DNA of 61,560 nucleotides, the filler included. It is 3 parts of 3 records of this genome, joined end to end, with 100 filler letters (N's around TTAATTAATTAA, not from the genome) between each part and the next. Parts side by side here need not be neighbours in the genome. Positions count along the whole stretch, not along the records: positions 34,518 to 61,560 come from SRR31156797_3175; 2 more parts are not named here. The stretch is one strand, 5' to 3'. The translations under genes and the position numbers were made by a program. Every line of letters starts with the position of its first letter. Position 1 is the stretch's first letter. Under the pieces are notes generated by a model. It saw only the letters and a list, made by a program, of their open reading frames with translations. It searched no databases and was not told where the DNA came from. Below, one piece after another: positions 57,517 to 61,560 of this stretch.

Positions 57517-58329
57517 ATGTTTCAGTCACAACCCATTTGTATTTTGCAGGCAGGCACGACCGTCGATGGCCGTGTGATTGAGCAGAACATTATTGATGAA
57601 ATTGCGCAGAGCTATAACCCTGAAGTTTATACCGCTCGAATCAACGAAGAGCATTACGACTGGAGCTACAAGTACGGCTCAGTTCTGTCAGTAGAAAAGC
57701 GTGACGACAAACTGTTTGCTGTGATCAAGCCGAACTCCTATCTGCTGCGCATGATTGAGCAAGGTCAGTTGCTTCATACCTCTTGTGAATTTATCGAGAA
57801 GTTTTCCGACACTGAAAAAGCTTATCTCACAGGACTCGCGCTAACGGATAAACCTGCCTCGTTAGGGACCACGCAAATTCACTTGTCCAGCAAAGACGAT
57901 GGCAAGGTTCAGGTACGTTCCAATTTCACCATCAAACCAGAGCAGTTCTCTGTCGAAACCGAAGAGGAAGAGGCTTCTCTGTATCAAAAATTCAAAAGCT
58001 GGCTCAAAGGCGAAAAGCCTGTGGAGCAGCTCTCTCAACAACAGGAAGAAGACGAAATGAACAAAGAAACTGAAGAGCTGCTTAAGCAGAACGTTGAGCA
58101 GAACCAGAAGCTAAGCGAACAACTCGGCCAGCTGGTTGAAACACTCAGTGCGAAGCCAACGCCTCAAGAGCCTGAAGTGAAGCCAGAGCCGGAAACTAAC
58201 CCACTTGAAAGTAAGGTGGAACAACTTTCTGAGCAAATGAACGACCTGACGACAGCCCTAAGCAAAATTACTGATGAAGACGGTCGCCGCTTAGCAGGTC
58301 AGGACACTGAAACAGAAGTTTACCTGTAA
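57517..58329 (+). CDS. P2 gpO-like capsid scaffolding protein
   Basis: GTTVDGRVI, ARINEEH and YLTGLALTDKPASLGT motifs. Confidence 0.93.
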   Translation: MFQSQPICILQAGTTVDGRVIEQNIIDEIAQSYNPEVYTARINEEHYDWSYKYGSVLSVEKRDDKLFAVIKPNSYLLRMIEQGQLLHTSCEFIEKFSDTEKAYLTGLALTDKPASLGTTQIHLSSKDDGKVQVRSNFTIKPEQFSVETEEEEASLYQKFKSWLKGEKPVEQLSQQQEEDEMNKETEELLKQNVEQNQKLSEQLGQLVETLSAKPTPQEPEVKPEPETNPLESKVEQLSEQMNDLTTALSKITDEDGRRLAGQDTETEVYL

Positions 58330-58370
58330 GCCTCGCGTTTCACTTTCAATAACTTCGTATAGGTAAACAC

Positions 58371-59408
58371 ATGCAAGAGAATACCAAGAAGAAACTCAAT
58401 GCTTACACCCAAGCGGTGGCTAAGCAAAACGGTGTCGAGACGGCCACTGAAATGTTTAATGTTTCGCCAAACGGCACGCAGCGCATCATCGCCGCCATTC
58501 GTGAAAGCAACTGGTTCCTAAGTCGTATCAATATTGTTCCAGTAAAGAACCAGATTGGTGAAGCCATTGGTTTAGGTGTGACGGGTATGATTGCCAGCCG
58601 CACGGACACATCCGGTGACGGTGAGCGTAAACCAAAAGATTACCACGGCATGAAAGCCATGCCTTACAGCTGTGTACAAACCAACTTTGATACCGCGATT
58701 CGTTACGCCAAGCTCGATGCCTGGGCGCACATGAAGAACTTCAACCAGATTGTGTCTAAACACACTCGCGAGCAGATTGACGCCAATAAAATCACCGTCG
58801 GTTGGTATGGTCAATCAGCCGCAGCTACGACCGATGCAGCAACGAACCCGAACGGTGAAGATGTCAACAAAGGTTGGTTCCAGGCCATGCGTGAGCACAA
58901 TGCCGAGCGTTTGATTACCGAAGGTGTAGAAGCGTCGGGTGTGATTAAAATCGGTGAAGGTGGTGATTTCGCTAACCTAGATTTAGCGGTTCTGAATCTT
59001 AAGAACATGCTTCATCCAGCCTGTGAAAACGACTCTGATCTGATTGCCATTGTTGGCTCTGATTTGCTGGCCTACGAGAAAGCGAAGTTCTACGAAGCGC
59101 ATGGCAATACGCCAACAGAAAAGAGCAAAGTGGAAGAGCGTCAGGTCATCGGTACTTACGGTGGTTTACCTGCGGTATCCGTTCCGGGCTTCCCGTCAAC
59201 GGGCATCATGGTCACCAGTTACGACAACCTGTCTATCTACATTCAGGAAGATTCTGTTCGCCGCACTGTCGGTAAGAAGAACGATCCTAAAGACCAGGTA
59301 GAAAACTATGAGTCTATGAACATGGCTTACGTTATCGAACAGCTAGAAAAAGTCGCGGCTGTGGAATTCGACAACGTTCAGTTGAAGATTAACGGCGCTT
59401 GGGTTTAA
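58371..59408 (+). CDS. P2 gpN-like major capsid protein
   Basis: IASRTDT, QTNFDT..LDAWA, DVNKGW and YESMN motifs. Confidence 0.95.
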   Translation: MQENTKKKLNAYTQAVAKQNGVETATEMFNVSPNGTQRIIAAIRESNWFLSRINIVPVKNQIGEAIGLGVTGMIASRTDTSGDGERKPKDYHGMKAMPYSCVQTNFDTAIRYAKLDAWAHMKNFNQIVSKHTREQIDANKITVGWYGQSAAATTDAATNPNGEDVNKGWFQAMREHNAERLITEGVEASGVIKIGEGGDFANLDLAVLNLKNMLHPACENDSDLIAIVGSDLLAYEKAKFYEAHGNTPTEKSKVEERQVIGTYGGLPAVSVPGFPSTGIMVTSYDNLSIYIQEDSVRRTVGKKNDPKDQVENYESMNMAYVIEQLEKVAAVEFDNVQLKINGAWV

Positions 59409-59516
59409 CCCCAATTAACTGACACCCACCCAATGCAGGCGCTTTCACGCTATCAATCAAGCTCAGGCTCAGATTGTTATTCGTGCAATGCATGCCTGCA
59501 TTCCCCAAGGTGATTT

Positions 59517-59888
59517 ATGGACTACGTTGGCAATAAAAATGAACAGTACAAATCCGTTTTGGCCGCAACGGATAACTTCCCTGAACTCAAAATCTCAGAG
59601 TTCCAGTCTCTGTTTAATTTCCTGAGTAATGAAACAGAGGCAGGCATTCTGCAACAGGCGAGAGTGTCACGCATTAAGGTTCACCGTGAGTTGGTAGATA
59701 CCATCGCTCAGTACGAGAATTTACCCGCGCTTTCCGTCGATAAGTTTGGTGATGAAGAATCGGGTAGCACGCTCTACAAACAAGCTGTGTTCGCACTGAC
59801 GGCCAGTGAATTGGTTGGCATCAAACTCAGTACCGATGCCACAGCTGAAGCGGCAGAGCGACTGGCAACAGAATGGCGAACGCTTTGA
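59517..59888 (+). pseudogene. Head completion protein gpL-like, C-terminus apparently lost at about 59860
   Basis: FPELKISEF and YKQAVFA..A..L..DAT motifs; reads out of frame into another gene's remnant. Confidence 0.65.
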
Positions 59889-59976
59889 ATGTGTCAGTGA
59901 GTTTGAATCGCGTGTGGAAGAAGACGACCTTGGCGAACTGGTGTGGTTCGTTGGTCATTTGAATGACTTGCCATGA
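59860..59976 (+). pseudogene. Orphan 3' remnant of a tail-completion (gpR-position) gene
   Basis: Start-less frame DWQQNGERFECVSEFESRVEEDDLGELVWFVGHLNDLP* ending in an ATGA overlap with the next gene. Confidence 0.6.
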
Positions 59977-60500
59977 ATGAACTAACACTACAAACACCGG
60001 AGCAACTGACTCAGGTCATCGAGCAGCTAGTGCTAACGGCAACGGAAAAGTTAGAGCTAAACCGTCGTATGGCGAACCGTGCTCGTCAGTTCTTTCGCGC
60101 ACAAATTCGGGCACAGAGAGATATTGATAACAGACCGTATCACAGCCGTTCGATGCGAAAACGTGTCGACTTATCGAAGACCAACACCACCAATAGTAAA
60201 AACATGTTGATGGGGTTTTCAAAAGCGCTACGAACCAAGGCAGATGAACAAGGGTTTGAAGTGGGACTAACTGGCGTTGCGGCTCGTATCGGGCGAGAGC
60301 ATAACGAAGGTTCACAGTTGTCCTTTACCACCCGGGTAAACGGGTATTTCGACAGTAAAACCGGGCGTTGGCAAGGCGGTCGCAAAGTGAAACAGAACTA
60401 CCAGATGCCTAAGCGTACCTTCATTGGCTGGACGCCAGAGCTGGAACGAGAGCTTCTGGCCATGGCAGCAGAATACTTTACATCAGACGTGGAAAGTTAA
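59973..60500 (+). CDS. Virion morphogenesis protein (P2 gpS / Mu gpG-like)
   Basis: QIRAQRDID, HNEG and MPKRTFIG motifs. Confidence 0.85.
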   Translation: MNELTLQTPEQLTQVIEQLVLTATEKLELNRRMANRARQFFRAQIRAQRDIDNRPYHSRSMRKRVDLSKTNTTNSKNMLMGFSKALRTKADEQGFEVGLTGVAARIGREHNEGSQLSFTTRVNGYFDSKTGRWQGGRKVKQNYQMPKRTFIGWTPELERELLAMAAEYFTSDVES

Positions 60501-60686
60501 ATGGAAACCATCAAAGTCAAACCACAAAAAGGGTTACTGGTTCGTGACCCCATCACTCGGGAGCCGCTTAAGGCTGCGGGTGAAGAAAAGCCACGTAACG
60601 CTTACTGGCTGCGTCGAATCAAAGATAAATCGGTCACTCTGGTGCAAACCAAAAAGGCCACAGTCAAACAGGAGACTGAGCAATGA
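60501..60686 (+). CDS. DUF2635 (Mu gp38-like) small tail protein
   Basis: VKP..G..VRDP..L...GE.K...YWLRR. Confidence 0.85.
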   Translation: METIKVKPQKGLLVRDPITREPLKAAGEEKPRNAYWLRRIKDKSVTLVQTKKATVKQETEQ

Positions 60687-61560
60687 GTATCAGCTTCAAT
60701 GAAGTGCCAAACAGCGCTTATGTACCGGGTATGTATGTCGAAATCGACAACAGCCTGGCAAACAGCGCGGAAGACCAACAACTGTGTTTGGTGATCGGTA
60801 ATGCCGTAGCCGAAGCACCAACCGAACCCAACACCGTTAAGTTGTGTATGGATGAAGTGAAAGCGGCTGAACTGTTCGGTGCATCAGACATTGTGGATAT
60901 GGTGACTTATTTTCGTAAGCAAGATGAAACCATGCCTATCTACGCCATCAGCGTCGATGCGGCCGATACCATGTCTGCTTTAGCAGCCCTTGGTGATGTG
61001 CAGTATCACCACATCATTTGCTCGCTTAATGACGACACCACCATCCGCGACTTAGGCGAATTTCTGGAAAAGCGTTACGACGCACTGAACCAAATTCCCG
61101 GTATCGCTTATGTGCCAAAGCAGGGCACCAACGCAGAGTTGATTACCTTCGCCAATAAGAGCAACTGTCCGTTGATCAGCTTTATGCCGATTAACGCTTT
61201 AGGTAATTCAGCGAACGTTGCGCTGTCCGATGCCGCAGCCATTGGCGCGTGGGCTGGGCAAATTGCGCCGTCATTGGCGAATGACCCGTGTCGCCCATTG
61301 CAAACGCTGAAAATGAGCGGTGTGTACTCGATTGCTGAAACTGAGTTTGACTGGACGGAGCGTAACTTATTGCTCCATGAAGGAATGGGTACTTACGTTG
61401 TCACTTCGACCAAAGAAGTGCAGGTAGAACGTGCGGTCACTGCTTATACCGAAAACGCATCAGGCATTGCGGACAACAGCTATCTCGATGTGATGACGCC
61501 AGCCACTGCCATGTATTTTCGTCAGAAACAACGCTCGCGCATTCTCAGCAAATACGCTCG
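60683..61560 (+). CDS. Mu gpL-like tail sheath protein, runs off the window end (not in ORF track)
   Basis: MSISFNEVP..VPGMYVEIDNS, DPCRPLQTL and ERNLLLHEG; GGAG RBS and ATGA overlap. Confidence 0.92.
   Translation, partial: MSISFNEVPNSAYVPGMYVEIDNSLANSAEDQQLCLVIGNAVAEAPTEPNTVKLCMDEVKAAELFGASDIVDMVTYFRKQDETMPIYAISVDAADTMSALAALGDVQYHHIICSLNDDTTIRDLGEFLEKRYDALNQIPGIAYVPKQGTNAELITFANKSNCPLISFMPINALGNSANVALSDAAAIGAWAGQIAPSLANDPCRPLQTLKMSGVYSIAETEFDWTERNLLLHEGMGTYVVTSTKEVQVERAVTAYTENASGIADNSYLDVMTPATAMYFRQKQRSRILSKYA

Larger units (their letters stand above)
34518..61560. mobile_element. Vibrionaceae-type prophage with P2/186/K139-like control and head modules and a Mu-like tail
   Basis: int, cI, cox, cII, rep, ogr, portal, terminase, O/N/L/S, Mu-type baseplate and sheath genes. 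Confidence 0.93.

Overview
This window is not one locus. It is three unrelated contigs joined by artificial 100-nt spacers (N44-TTAATTAATTAA-N44) at 18358-18457 and 34418-34517. Contig 1 (1-18357) is Desulfovibrionaceae-like chromosome: feoB 3' end, ridA, an ADH-synthase/DhnA-type aldolase behind an unannotated Phe/Tyr-rich leader-peptide attenuator, mltC, a sigma54-linked GT9 cluster, DUF294, DUF485-actP, an OFA-type MFS transporter, a radical SAM fusion and a peptide ABC binding protein. Contig 2 (18458-34417) is a different Desulfobacterota-like chromosome (RND pump, der, M50 protease, kinase/regulator, cooT, cobB). It is followed by tRNA-Arg(UCU) and a small integrative element: integrase, xis, VirD4/HerA-like ATPase, membrane proteins, a Replic_Relax-like nuclease, and two secreted proteins with beta-defensin-like Cys spacing. 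Contig 3 (34518-61560) is a Vibrionaceae-type prophage with a P2/186/K139-like switch and head and a Mu-like tail. It carries two SOS boxes, an AT-rich accessory island between int and cI (Nudix plus membrane proteins; ABC-ATPase plus putative nuclease coupled to cI), two further morons and a conserved late-promoter palindrome. It lacks gpM at its usual position and shows two apparent lesions (terminase frameshift, gpL/gpR deletion). The best candidates for undescribed biology are the cI-coupled ATPase-nuclease and Nudix-membrane cassettes, the defensin-like cargo element and the Phe attenuator. Taxonomy and family calls come from motif recognition only; no database search was run.
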